A DNA stretch of 64,000 nucleotides, taken from positions 19,046 through 83,045 of the forward strand of contig NIVC01002273.1 of the NCBI GenBank assembly GCA_002269645.1, given 5' to 3'. Made by a program: the position numbers and the translations under genes. Below, piece after piece: positions 48,357 through 64,000 of this stretch; position 1 is the first letter of the stretch; every line of letters begins with the position of its first letter. A model generated the notes under the pieces. It worked only from the letters and a program-made list of their open reading frames with translations. It was not told the DNA's origin and did no database searches. Source of the stretch: Macrostomum lignano (taxonomy: Eukaryota).

Positions 48357-50887
48357 GCAAAGTCGACGAAGAAGTGACAGAAGTACAGATAAAGCAATCC
48401 ATTTCTTGATATTGATATTCTTTTTGATTTCTAACAGAACTTCTCAATTCTTATTTAAAATTTACCAGATCACTTTATAATAATTTGGAAAATATCCCAG
48501 TAAGTTCTACGGAGTTTTTCGGGTTCTTAGAGTCTGATATCCTTTTCCTCGCGCACGGAGGCGCTCTAAATCCCTCATGAAAGTGTAGCTTTTGGCTTTG
48601 TTGAAAAATGTGGAATGCATGATTAAGATGCGAGTTTCTCCCACTGCTACTGGTCTGGTGTTTTCTTATCTTCTACATGTACTTTTTACGCCTGTAAAGT
48701 GAGGCAGACGTGTCGTCCTAACACAATGACGGATGCTGAAATGCAATACATTTCAGTCTTCATCCAGTATCCCCCAAGGGGGGCTGAGTGTGCTAGTCTA
48801 AACAACTAAATCTAGCAGCAAAAAATATCCAGTGACTACGAAAACTTGTTAGAAACCTCAAATCTCGCTAATGCAGATGGCAACAGAGCCCCCATCAACA
48901 ATTTTTTGCATTGCATGCTACTTTCATTAGTAGCCCCTTTAGTACTTCAAGTACTGTTATCTGCTAACATTCTAAGCTATTTTGTTCATTTTTCAGATAA
49001 AACGAGGACTTTATGTTGTACAAACACAAGCTCGCATTCTAAAAAAGATATAGAGTCAAAACGTGTTTTATTTTGAAATGAATCAAATAGTTATAAGCTA
49101 CTGAATGAGCAGTAAATATACGCGACACACTTCTTAAAATATTACCTTTTTAAGATACGAACTTGTTGATATGTCGCTATGAAAGCTGACAATTTTTAAT
49201 CTAAACCTTAGTCGTACATAATTTCAAATATTTTGTTTTATTTAACGCAGAATATTTCTTGCTTGAATTGTTGCATCCCAGTCCCAACCGCAAAGAACGA
49301 AGACATGCTACTCTACTCGTTAGTAGTATAGAAGAGTCATTTTAGGCTTAGCTTATGATTGTACTATAATAATATGATGACGCTAGCCTGCATAAAAAAT
49401 TGATATTAGTATAACCAATTCTGTAGAGCACTCTGTGTCACTATTAAAAGCGTTGAGAATATTGCCCTTGTCAATCCTCGCGACTGTTGTTTGTAGAAAA
49501 GTACAGCTGCATGCATCTAATTGATGGAATTTTTATTGAAGCCTTCGCTCCAAAGTGCTTCAAATAAAAGAAAATATTCACTCTGTCTGAACTTCTGAAA
49601 GACCACTCACAGATTGTTGTCACGCACTGGGACCGCTGATTCTTTATCCATTATCTGTTGGATTCTGGAGGTCGATTAACACCTTTTACGCCCATCATAA
49701 AGTTTACTCACTGATTCCCTTGCTGCTACAGCTGGCTACTTGGGAACAGTGAGCTAAAAAGGGAGACAGCAGTTCCTCATTTTCCACTTCTTTTTTCAGC
49801 ATAGTTACACGCATTAGCCCGAGTATCAAATTACTGGCATAAAATATCATTGCCAGACCCCCCCTCCAGTGCAACAGCTGTCTAAACCCATGCAGCACAC
49901 GGGCTGAAATACATTCGGCCGTGTCATTTTCATCAGCCTTTATCTTGACGGAGCATTGCACATTTACCTCACACTCCTGCATGTTGCTGGCAGCTGCACT
50001 AATTCCAGCCAGTTTGAGCACTTTCCCCTTCTCAGACCAAACAGAGAGAGAGAAGATGGTGGAACGGCTTGCAAATAGATATATTGGACTGAGAAATTAT
50101 CTAATAGTGCTCATCTGAGGCCAAATATGAATGCGAAATCTATTTGAACAAAACTGACAAACATATTTGCCCAATAGGTCTGCCACAGCGCCACTGCTCT
50201 TGGCCATAAATTGGTCTTAGACTGCGCATTTGACAGCTATACTCGTCAGTTGGCTAACAAAAGCAACTGTTGTCACAGACGAGTCAATAATCTGTATAGT
50301 GAACTACTCTATCGCATTTGAATTGCATTGGATTTCAATTTACTTTCATCCATTCTACTCAACGTTTAACTTTGTCTACTTTTCAGACACCGAAACTGAC
50401 AATATGCTTCTGGCGGGTTGAAAACGCTTGCCGAAGCTACAAAGACTCTTGCCTCAAATTTCACCGGAATTAGTGAATTTTTGCTTCTATTAAAAATAGA
50501 TGCATTTAGTCTGGATAATGGAGCTCCGAGTTCTAATGATTACGCGTCCAGAAATGGTTTCAGGTCGGTACTCCAGTCTGGATCCTGTGTAGCAATTGAT
50601 AATGAGCATTTTGTTCGTTTCACTCACGCGATGTGAGAATTGGGAAGTCGATGTTCCCTTGCCGGAGTCTGCACAAGTGTTGCCAGTGTTGGCAGTTCGG
50701 TCGAACGCAAGCAGCCTTTTTACAAAAAAGAATAAATACTTTTTTCTTGCAACCTTAAAGCCTTGATTCTAAGAAATTACACTATAATTATACGTTGATG
50801 GATGAGCTACACGTAGCTAAACATTAGTTTGAAAATTTTCTATTCGACAGGTGATAAATGTGAACTGACTTGTTAGAGAGGACCGAC

Positions 50888-51010
50888 AGAAGGGAGAAGG
50901 CAGAAGGGAGAAGGGAGAAGGGAGAAGGGAGAAGGGAGAAGGGAGAAGAGAAAAGGGAGAAGGCAGAAGGCAGAAGGGAAAAGAGAAAAGGGAGAAGGGA
51001 GAAGGGAGAA
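50888..51010. repeat. 7-bp purine-rich microsatellite
   Basis: (GAAGGGA)n with variants. Confidence 0.9.
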
Positions 51011-51639
51011 GGGAGGAAGAGAACAGGGAGAAAAGAGAAGGGAGAGGAGGGGGGAGGGTGAGACTGGACAGGAAGCGAGTCAGATGGCAAGAGAGGGAGA
51101 GTGAGCAGTGAAGGGGAAGCTAATGAAGATTTCAGAGCGATCCCCTATTTATCATTAGCTATCCTGGAAGCCACGCAGTCTGCCTAAACTATTGCAAAAG
51201 GACCAAAGTGGCCCAAGGCACTTCAAAGCCATTTATTCCACTGCTTGCATTCCCGATAGCTATGAAGGTTTTCAATGACCCGACGGGCGCACTGCCAACA
51301 CTGGCATGTCACCGAATCTTAAGAATGCTACGCACCGGGTTCCCTATCGGATCACGTGCTCGGATTCTGACAGCCCCGAGGCGTCTGGCTGCTTTTAACG
51401 TTTCTGCTGAGCTCACGGCAAAGACTTGAGAAAAGAATGCAGTTATAAAAGCTCAGTTCAAAATTTCCGTGTTTTAGATGGCGCTTTTGGCTTCCTAAAA
51501 TAATTGAAAATTTGTCTGTTTGGAAATGTTTGCAAAATAACAAAAAAGCAGAAGCACTTTTTCTGCTTTCAGGCATCTACAATTTCTTTCATTTTGTTGC
51601 GTTTCCCTGTTCTGCCAAAATTTAGCATTCGGTCAGCTG

Positions 51640-52415
51640 TAGCGCCCCCCCCCCACACTGCAGCTGTGGCGCCCCCCCACACTGCAGCTGTGGCGCCCCC
51701 CCCCACACTGCAGCTGTGGCGCCCCCCCCACACTGCACCCCCACACTGCAACTGTGGCGCCCCCCCCCACACTGCACCCCCACACTGCAACTGTGGCGCC
51801 CCCCCACACTGCTACCCCACACTGCAACTGTGGCGCCCCCCCCACACTGCACCCCCACACTGCAACTGTGGCGCCCCCCCACACTGCACCCCCCCACACT
51901 GCAACTGTGGCGCCCCCCACACTGCACCCCCACACTGCAACTGTGGCGCCCCCCCCACACTGCAGCTGTGGCGCCCCCCACACTGCAGCTGTGGCGCCCC
52001 CCCCACACTGCAGCTGTGGCGCCCCCCACACTGCAGCTGTGGCGCCCCCCCCCACACTGCAGCTGTGGCGCCCCCCCACACGGCACCCCCCACACTGCAG
52101 CTGTGGCGCCCCCCCACACTGCAGCTGTGGCGCCCCCCACACTGCAGCTGTGGCGCCCCCCCACACTGCACCCCACACTGCAACTGTGGCGCCCCCCCCA
52201 CACTGCACCCCCACACTGCAACTGTGGCGCCCCCCCACACTGCACCCCCACACTGCAACTGTGGCCCCCCCCACACGGCACCCCCACACTGAAGCTGTGG
52301 CGCCCCCCCCCCACACTGCAGTTGTGGCGCCCCCCCACACTGCAGCTGTGGCGCCCCCCCACACTGCAGTTGTGGCGCCCCCCATACTGCAACTGTGGCG
52401 CCCCCCACACTGCAG
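51640..52415. repeat. C-rich minisatellite of about 22 bp with interspersed shorter units
   Basis: CCCCCCACACTGCA(G/A)CTGTGGCG plus CCCCCACACTGCA units. Confidence 0.93.
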
Positions 52416-52794
52416 CTGATCCACTGGTAACAAGAGGCGTCACACCATCACCAGTTTATTTGGCTAACAGAGTTCATCATGCCAAACTTCGGCTTGCATT
52501 GCTCCTTTATTCTGCCCTCATTGAAATAAATTCTGTCATTTCTGATTGACTAAGTCTGGCATATCTGACAGAGAAATGCCAAATATTAATTATGATTATT
52601 GGGCTTCATTAATCTGCCGAAAATTGTCAATAGCATAGCAGGGTGGCTAAACGGCAGCATAAAATAAACAAATGGAAGAGATCTATTTTTATTTCTAGTG
52701 TTAATCAGCTGAGAGCAGATCCAGCTGCAATTATTTTAATTACAAACCTCTGATCAAGCATGTCGCCTAAATGCCAATGCATACCTTTCAACGC

Positions 52795-53940
52795 ACACAG
52801 CACCATCTCCATACAGCACCAACCCCCATAGCACCATCTCCATACAGCACCATTTCCATACAGCACCATCTCCATACAGCACCATCTCCATAGCACCATC
52901 TCCATACAGCACCATCTCCATACAGCACCAACCTCCACAGCACCATCTCCATACAGCACCATTTCCATACAGCACCATTTCCATACAGCACCATCTCCAT
53001 ACAGCACCAACCTCCACAGCACCATCTCCATACAGCACCATTTCCATACAGCACCATTTCCATACAGCACCATTTCCATACAGCACCATTTCCATACAGC
53101 ACCATCTCCATACAGCACCAACCTCCATAGCACCATCTCCATACAGCACCATTTCCATACAGCACCATTTCCATACAGCACCATTTCCATACAGCACCAT
53201 TTCCATACAGCACCATCTCCATACAGCACCATTTCCATACAGCACCATTTCCATACAGCACCATTTCCATACAGCACCATTTCCATACAGCACCAACCTC
53301 CATAGCACCATCTCCATACAGCACCATTTCCATACAGCACCATCTCCATACAGCACCAACCTCCATAGCACCATCTCCATACAGCACCATTTCCATACAG
53401 CACCATTTCCATACAGCACCATCTCCATACAGCACCATTTCCATACAGCACCATCTCCATACAGCACCAACCTCCATAGCACCATCTCCATACAGCACCA
53501 TTTCCATACAGCACCATCTCCATACAGCACCAACCTCCATAGCACCATCTCCATACAGCACCATCTCCATACAGCACCATTTCCATACAGCACCATCTCC
53601 ATACAGCACCATTTCCATACAGCACCATCTCCATACAGCACCAACCCCCATAGCACCAACCCTCCATAGCACCAACCCTCCACAGTACCATCTCCATACA
53701 ACACCAACCTTCCACAGCACCAACCCCCCACAGCACCAACCTCCCACAGCACCGACCCCCAGAGCACCAACCTCCCACAGCACCAACCCCCACAGCACCA
53801 ACCCCCACAGCACCAACCTCCCATAGCGCCAATCCCCACAGCACCAACCCCCACAACACCAACTCCCACAGCACCAACCCCCCACAGCACCAACCTCCCA
53901 TAGCGCCAATCCCCACAGCACCAACCCCCACAGCACCAAC
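52795..53940. repeat. 16-bp minisatellite
   Basis: Unit CAGCACCAT(C/T)TCCATA, grading to CAGCACCAACCCCCCA at the right end. Confidence 0.95.
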
Positions 53941-54541
53941 AATTCAACCAAAACTCCCAACGCAGCCAGGCTTTGCATTATTAAAACCACTCAAAGCTGC
54001 CTCTTCAGAAAAAAGCTCTAAAAAAGATTAGCGTTAAGTACTCCCTACTCAATTAGGAGCATCAAAACGCCTTCTCTGCGAACTCTCTCCTTTTCTCTTT
54101 GCTGAGCCGCTATTTTCACACCCAGAAGCTGGTTCTTCACCAGAAGACCGCTCTTCATTGATTTGTGAATGTTTCGCTTGCGAAAGCAATAGCCATAAGT
54201 ATAAAACGCTTCTATGAAGACAGGTCTGTTTTCCTAGCGAGAAAAAGAGCTTATTTTCTGAATATGCACAGAACTGGCTGCGACCGATTCAGCTGTGAGC
54301 AAAGCAGTATTGATTCAGTCGCCAAGGCCTCATCCAATCCTGCGGAGGCTGTATGCTAAAATATTTCTGCTTCAAGCATTATTGTCGGCTTATTTCAATG
54401 GTACGCAAAATTTTAGAGCAATAAAAACAATCGGCTAACTATAAAATATTCAGTTTATTAGTTTGGTAGTAAAACTTTAGTGATGGAATTATAGTCAATT
54501 AATCCGTAATAACAGCTTACACTAATGATGATGAATACAGG

Positions 54542-56135
<1,594 letters not shown>

Positions 56136-56508
56136 TACCGCAGGCAGCTCTGGTTGGCCTCGATCCGGCAGCCAATCGTCCGGCAAATTTTGCCAGTCAA
56201 AGGAGCTCATTGTTGCCCTGCTCTCCCTGTCCAACTGCGATATAAATTATGCATGTGCGGCCAAAGCGGTGAGGAATATAGCTCGTACCTTGCCTTGCTC
56301 CGCAATCATTGCGATTTTGTTCCACTGTGCAGGTAGGCGAGCTGTCCGACTTAATACGCTCGTACTCCTCAATTTAAAATAGACCCTTAAAGGTAAGGAA
56401 TTGTTCAAATGTAAGTTTACAGTAGCTTCTTGCAGTCTGTTCAGTAATTTGTGAATTTTTCCATGCATTTTTCCTGTGTGTTGACTGTGTCTGTGTCTGT
56501 GCGAAGAC

Positions 56509-56632
<124 letters not shown>

Positions 56633-56633
56633 G

Positions 56634-57815
56634 TTAATCGTTTCCGGTGATCTTGTGTGCGTGCATTCAGCTTGATTGGCTGCGGCAAGCAAGCTCGAAA
56701 GAGCTCGCTTCGCTCGCTCCTTCTCGCTATCTACCATCTATTGCCAGGACCTGCACCGGAGCGGTTACGAAAATTAGATTTCTCGGTAGTTGCACGTACT
56801 CTTTTGCACTACTTGAGTAGTCTGATTTTCGAACGGCAGGCTGGTTCCAGCAGGTAGTTCCTCTGGATAAAAGCGCTTACCGCGCCCATTGGCTTTCCAG
56901 CTGCCTTAATCGTTTCCGGTGATCTTGTGTGCGTGCATTCAGCTTGATTGGCTGCGGCAAGCAAGCTCGAAAGAGCTCGCTTCGCTCGCTCCTTCTCGCT
57001 ATCTACCATCTATTGCCAGGACCTGCACCGGAGCGGTTACGAAAATTAGATTTCTCGGTAGTTGCACGTACTCTTTTGCACTACTTGAGTAGTCTGATTT
57101 TCGAACGGCAGGCTGGTTCCAGCAGGTAGTTCCTCTGGATAAAAGCGCTTACCGCGCCCATTGGCTTTCCAGCTGCCTTAATCGTTTCCGGTGATCTTGT
57201 GTGCGTGCATTCAGCTTGATTGGCTGCGGCAAGCAAGCTCGAAAGAGCTCGCTTCGCTCGCTCCTTCTCGCTATCTACCATCTATTGCCAGGACCTGCAC
57301 CGGAGCGGTTACGAAAATTAGATTTCTCGGTAGTTGCACGTACTCTTTTGCACTACTTGAGTAGTCTGATTTTCGAACGGCAGGCTGGTTCCAGCAGGTA
57401 GTTCCTCTGGATAAAAGCGCTTACCGCGCCCATTGGCTTTCCAGCTGCCTTAATCGTTTCCGGTGATCTTGTGTGCGTGCATTCAGCTTGATTGGCTGCG
57501 GCAAGCAAGCTCGAAAGAGCTCGCTTCGCTCGCTCCTTCTCGCTATCTACCATCTATTGCCAGGACCTGCACCGGAGCGGTTACGAAAATTAGATTTCTC
57601 GGTAGTTGCACGTACTCTTTTGCACTACTTGAGTAGTCTGATTTTCGAACGGCAGGCTGGTTCCAGCAGGTAGTTCCTCTGGATAAAAGCGCTTACCGCG
57701 CCCATTGGCTTTCCAGCTGCCTTAATCGTTTCCGGTGATCTTGTGTGCGTGCATTCAGCTTGATTGGCTGCGGCAAGCAAGCTCGAAAGAGCTCGCTTCG
57801 CTCGCTCCTTCTCGC

Positions 57816-57822
<7 letters not shown>
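56634..57822. repeat. 272-bp tandem repeat (4 full copies plus one partial), apparently identical copies
   Basis: Units start at 56634, 56906, 57178, 57450 and 57722; identical ORF translations recur every 272 bp. Confidence 0.96.
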
Positions 57823-58474
<652 letters not shown>

Positions 58475-61400
58475 TGTTGAGTCCAGAATTTTCTGTAATA
58501 TGTTTAATTGCAGTAAAATGGGGCAGGGGGATCTGTACCCCGCCTAACGTGCCATAAAATTTTAATTACACTACCGTACTTAAGATCTTGAGCAGGTTGG
58601 TATAAATTTTTCAGGAGTCACCCAGTTTTTCCGTGTTGTTTTACATAGCTTTTTGTTCGCAAACGTTGAATTTTATAACACCCACAGTCCCGGACCTTCT
58701 TCATTGCCAGAGGATGCCCTGTCTCACCCATTATCTCTCCCCTCCTCTCTCACTCCTTCTTTTTATACCCTTCCTCTCACCCTTCCTCTCTCCCTTCCAC
58801 TGTCTCTCTCTCCACTTCTCTCACCCATTTATCTCTCACCCCTTCTCTTGCGACTCTCTTCTCTAACCCTACTTTCTACCCAACAGTTTCACTTTAAATC
58901 TCTCTCTCCCTCTCTCTCTCTCTCTCATCACTCTCTCAAAACTCATTCATCAGTCTTCAGGTACTCTCTGGTTCTTGTCTCCCGCGTCCCTTGCCATTCC
59001 ACGCTTTTATAGCAAAATGCTATCCGTCACCTCTTTCTCAGCACTGCTGCTTTTAGGAAAAGTGCGGATCAATCAGTTAGTCTATCTCACTGCAACTTGC
59101 CAATGAAAATCTTTCTTAGAAGGCATGGTAGAAATAAATAAGTTTCTTATCAATCCGAGTCGGAAATCTGTAATTAATACTGGAATTCCCAAACCAAATT
59201 GAAGCACGAGCCACCTGGAATTCAGACATCACTTCCACATCAACATTTGGGGCATAATGCTGCTAATTAATCAGCATTAGCTTTGTTAGTTTATCTGAAA
59301 CAGGAAAATGCACTATGAGGTTAACTGTGCATTTACATCCTTCTGCCGTATCGGGTTGAATACTGTTTATCGGCGCCGGTTTTTTCTCGGGTAAGTTTCA
59401 CCGGTAAAGCCGAGCGATCCCACTTCCTGCTTCCTAGTTAGTGCAGCTGTGAAAATATCGGACACTCTAGAAATGAACCGGCAGTCCCGTCCCTTAAGTC
59501 CCTTAAGTCATGCTTATTTACGCTGTGTAAGCTTGTGCAGCTCAAGGGCTGCACACTTGAGTTCGGACAGTGGCTCCGGTGCCCGGCCCCGCTAACAGAA
59601 GCTGCCCTCTCGTGACCAGCTCCTCACAATTCAACGGCCACTCTTTCCTTTTTGGAGACACTGGGGGGTGGCAGAGAAGAGGAAGAGCTGAGGAAGGAGC
59701 GGCTCCGTCAATGCGGAAGGAATATTCATGAGCGATGCTTGAGTCGGATGGACTCACAAGCAGGACTCACACAAGTGCCTGCCCATCCGAGAGACGAAAT
59801 GTGTGAAAAAAAGTGTGAAAGGCAGGCAGGAAAAACTCAGCGCAAGCAGTTAGTTTTGTCGAAACTGCAGTGAGTCGCCTTACCTCCAATGGTGTTTTTC
59901 AATCTGCGGCAATCAATGCTACAGTGAAGCAACGCTAGAGACATGCGGTTTCTTTATCCCGGACGTAGGGGTTTGTCGCATCCGGCAAGAGAAATATTTC
60001 TTGTCTGCGGCTTGCATTTCTTTTCTCTCTGCTGCTCCATGGATTCCACCTTGGCAGCGGCTGACAGAGAGGGGAAATATTTGGCTGAGGCAGAAATTTA
60101 AATAAAAACTTTTCTCTCTTTCGATACATTGCACTTTCAGGCAACTGGTGCCCGCATCTGCTGGCTCCTCCTTCATCGCTTTATTCCCATTCTCGGTATT
60201 TCGTCTTAGGAAGCATCGTCACGCTTGAGTCCTATCTGGATCCATATTATGTTTTTATTCAGCGACTTCTGCTCAGTCCTGGGGAGGGAAATCCCAAGAC
60301 TTGATGTGAGACTGAGAAAGAAATAGAGAGACCGTGAATAGGGGAGGGACGAGAGACGATCGCGTCATTAACTCCCAAAAAAATATTGGATCGTAAACTT
60401 TTTTGCAATTGGTCTGCCACAGCTCAGGTCTTCTACTTTTTTGCATCGTTCCCCCGGCAGCCACTTCGGTCCCCCTGTTGCAATTTCCTGCCCAGTGCGC
60501 CGCAACGGAGGCTCAGCTGCAGAGAAGATTTTATTGCCGCCACGGGGGGAGTTTTTTGGACTCAATATTGATTTTAAAATAAGAAAGCTAGACTTGGGAT
60601 TAGAAATTAAAAACATTAGAGCTATCGGTCGTCAAGGGGATTTCCTATAGGTGTTGATGCGAATGAGTGATAAAATTGTCCGTGAAACTGAGAGAGGTAT
60701 TTATGAAACGGAACCTTAGAAAAGTTTTGTATTTACTGCTGAATTATGATTACTTCGGCTCATTCCCATCCATCCTAAACCTTTCTGGCAAAGTTGAGCA
60801 TTGGTGGCATGGGCTGTGGCATGATGGAACTCATCCACTCAGCCTCAGTGACATTCCGATGCCGTAAATCATTCTGCTTCTAACAATAGGCGTAGAGTCA
60901 CATTGTAAGCTTGTTACAATGAGCTTTGGCTCTTAATTAGACTGTGCGGACCTCTGCTGGCTTGCTTTTTCTGTGACAAAAACGGCGGTTGAGCGGATGG
61001 GATGTACGGAACCGCTGAGCACTCAGGAATAATAGGGAACTGTTTCCGATCGTCACAGTCAGTTAAACGGGCTTGCTTGCGTTTTGTTGCAGCCACAGTC
61101 GGATACTAAAATATTGATATAAAAAGAGAGAGCCGAAGAGAACTAGTCATTGGGAGTCAGGGGCAGTAATAAGTACAGAATGAATCTGCGACCAGAATGC
61201 CAACGATAGTGGCAGGGACAAAGTTAATGTTGCTTGAAGCCGCCGCTCTCAGAATTGAAGCTCAAAAGAGGACTGTCGCGCCTCCTTTATTCCTGTCTCT
61301 TGCGCTGGACCCCTTACTGTCTTGCCAGCTCCCATTCACTGGTTCGCACTGGGCCAGAGGGCTTTGGTCATTCGAAGCAATTGAGCATAAAACTCGGTCT

Positions 61401-62250
61401 GCAACTGGTCCTGCTGGCCTGTTTAAGTCCAATCCGATTAGTCCACAGCCGAGATTATTTATTGATTTCTTCCCATCGCGACGTCTTTGAGAGTCGATTG
61501 CGGGCCCAGTTACTTCTTCAAATTCTCTCTCGTCTCGTCCCGCTCTGAGGTCTCTAATTATTGGCATGCAAGCGGATCAATTCCAAGGAGAATTCCTATA
61601 TAGATCCTTAAAACCAATCTGTCTTAGACGAGAAAAAGTCAGCGTGCCTGACGGATAGGCTTTCCTATTTCCTAGTGGTTTATTTAGTCACAAGCAATTA
61701 GAAGACGCTCCGTACTTTCCTGAGTTGGCTGCAGTTGTGGTAGACTTAGTGGAACAGTCTGTGAGCAAGCATCCACGGCAGCGTCTGATGAAATTCCCAG
61801 CACCAGCAACTTATGAGGGCACGGCGGGGCAGATTCGAGCTGAGTCACTACAGCTTCTAGCATCTAGAGAAGGTATTGTTTACACAAGGTGGCCGGACCA
61901 CTTGCACGGCGGAGAAATTACATAGCAGGATGTCAATACGAGGTTGGGGTATTGATGATTTTCCATTGTTTACAGTGCATATGCATCAGTTGCGCTGGGT
62001 AGTCAGGAGATCTACATAGGTATGCTAGATATGCACTCTTAATCATCACTGGCTGGCTCAAGTAGAAAGTACAGTAAGGTGAAAAGACTTCAAAGTCAAA
62101 ATGAATGTAGAGACTTATAGAAGATTTTATTTCATTTTAAATCAAATTTGTACATAAACTAAACATTATTTATGTAGAGCTTCATCATATATATAAATGT
62201 TTCCCCCGTTTTCTTATAATTTAGGATCCGAAGCATTACTGCCCGAAGTT

Positions 62251-64000
62251 ATGCTGCCCGAGGCCGCAAGGTTCTTCTTAGAGACCACGAGTATTCGCGG
62301 TGTGGGCAAAATAGTAAAAACGCAGAACGTATTTCTCAGCCGTTTGTGGGCTCTGTTTGTTCTGGCGTCGACTTCTTTGCTTTGCTACAGCGTTTTTAAG
62401 ATCATCGTAGACTACCTGCAGTACGACGTCAACATCCAGACGTACCATGATATAGACGACGCTACGCCATTCCCTGCCGTGAGTATCTGCAACAACCAGG
62501 CCTTCTCTAAGAATGCCTACCGTCTGTGGGCTGACAATCGCGTCCGCTCGCCGTCCGAATTCAACCGGCAATTGCGCCAGAAAGCGCTACGCATGCTGTC
62601 TGATCCTGAATTTCGAGCGGCCTACTCCAGCGCCAACCAATCCGCACGGCAGCAGCTGCGCGAGTCCATCCAGAACCGGGCCTACATGTCGATGCACACT
62701 TCGTTGGTAATGGACAACTCGCGAACTTACTATCAGAACACGGCCGCCAACGACTCCATCCTGCTTGCCACGAGCGCAACGAGTCGCTGGTGGAGTGCGT
62801 CATCAATATTCATCTCGTCAGGCTTTGGGCCCAAGGCTGTCACGATCCAATGTTAAACGTGACGCTGTTCTCCGATCCGAACTTTTTCAACTGCATGACA
62901 ATCGAATTCAATGAGGATTCCTGGAGTGAAGTTCTGAGCTTGACCCTGATTGTTTGGCTGGGACCCGATGAGAACTATGACATGCGCCATCGGCAGGGGT
63001 TTCTCTACGATGTGTTTGAACAGGCCTACGGACTGCGGGTTGCAATTCATGAGCCCAGGACACAGCCCAAGGTGAGAATTAATTTGGCGTCTAATTTGTC
63101 AGTCTAGAAAGCCAGCTGAAATTTTAGGTAGTACATTTTTTCTACTTCGGAAAATTTCAAATTCATGCCGGGATGAGGCTTGAAATCTGGAATAAGATCA
63201 AACAAGGGAAGTAAATTATTCAGCACGCTTCTCAATTAGTCTTTCATTAAAGGACTAACTTATACAAAGTCACGCTTCTATTTTAGAATTTTTTTCACTA
63301 ATTTGACTTAAACTATCCTATTTAAAAATCGGTAGCTAATAAAAGATTTCAACGTGTTACTTTCCCTTCGATTTCCCTTCACTTCGAATTCGGCTTCGAT
63401 TTGCTAATCGAGTTAGTCATGAATCATGAACAAACAGACTTCATGACCTTCCATCCAAAGCGCACCTTCCAAAACGATTGTTTTTTATTCATTAGATCCT
63501 GAGCGGCGGATCCAGACGGAGCCGGGCAAAATGAACGAGATCAAGTACCAGCCAGTCCGCTTTGTGCGCGAGAATACTCCCAAGAAGCGCGTGCATCAGT
63601 CCCGAGGAAACGTCGCACGTGAAACTTCGCGATCTCTTACAATGAGTACAACTATGACCAGGAGCTCTGTCTGGACTCTAAAGTGCAGGCTATGGTGCTC
63701 GAAAGTTGTGCTGTTTGTACATTGAACTGCCGCGCATAGCCATACCAAATGCTACTCATCCCTACTGCGGCATCATTGACGACAAGATGTTGCAGCGATC
63801 TGCCTGCATCCAGGATTTGCACTTGCGTGAGCTGCGAAAATCCTACGAAACGACCGAGTGCTTGCCTACGTGCGTTGATCGCAGCTTCGACAAAGAATTA
63901 TCAGTAACCAAAATGGCGCGACACGCAGTGGATGATCTACTGGATCAAGGAGCTCTGCGAAACGCTGGGACAACTATTTTGGTCAATTGCAGAAGGATCC
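62251..64000 (+). CDS. DEG/ENaC (amiloride-sensitive sodium channel family) subunit, 5' part, with several frameshifts as assembled
   Basis: FLETTSIRG, TM1 LWALFVLAS..., FPAVSICN, FFNCMTI, GLRVAIHEP, EPGK, YDQELC and ECLPTC. Donor at 63072, acceptor at 63495; runs off the window. Confidence 0.85.

Noticed and set aside
49704-50021. 105-aa minus-strand ORF
   Set aside because: No motif, no convincing splice context and no paralog in the window.
50681-51306. 16-bp perfect inverted repeat TGCCAGTGTTGGCAGT / ACTGCCAACACTGGCA as hAT-like MITE ends
   Set aside because: The inverted repeat is real, but I could not find an 8-bp TSD at any register, so the element call is unsupported.
59540-61925. 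Scattered 60-105 aa ORFs upstream of the channel gene
   Set aside because: No family motifs and no consistent exon chain could be built.

Overview
Eukaryotic (metazoan) genomic DNA with GT-AG introns and many 12-33 bp minisatellites. The overall style suggests a Macrostomum-like flatworm, which is inference only. From left to right: (1) An apparently intact, very recent Ty3/Gypsy LTR retrotransposon (to 10084) with a single 1921-aa Gag-Pol ORF. It carries an unexpected cold-shock (UNR/CSDE1-like) RNA-binding domain between the zinc knuckle and the protease, and an antisense 3'-UTR array of Tudor-like D[YF]G[NG] motifs. (2) It is inserted into the tyrosine recombinase of a Ngaro/PAT-type DIRS element with split direct repeats. 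(3) Two paralogous intronless small CxxC proteins with a prokaryote-like motif. (4) A complete 4-exon acylamino-acid-releasing enzyme (APEH) gene. (5) Decayed mariner, Merlin and Mutator/Phantom DNA transposons plus foldback elements with 9-bp TSDs. (6) A sharply bounded 4.3-kb CpG desert. (7) A 10-exon LRR plus EF-hand (LRRC74-like) gene. (8) A microsatellite and 272-bp satellite complex with Helentron-like features. (9) The 5' part of a divergent, frameshifted DEG/ENaC channel gene. All alignments and counts were done by eye; no database search was run.
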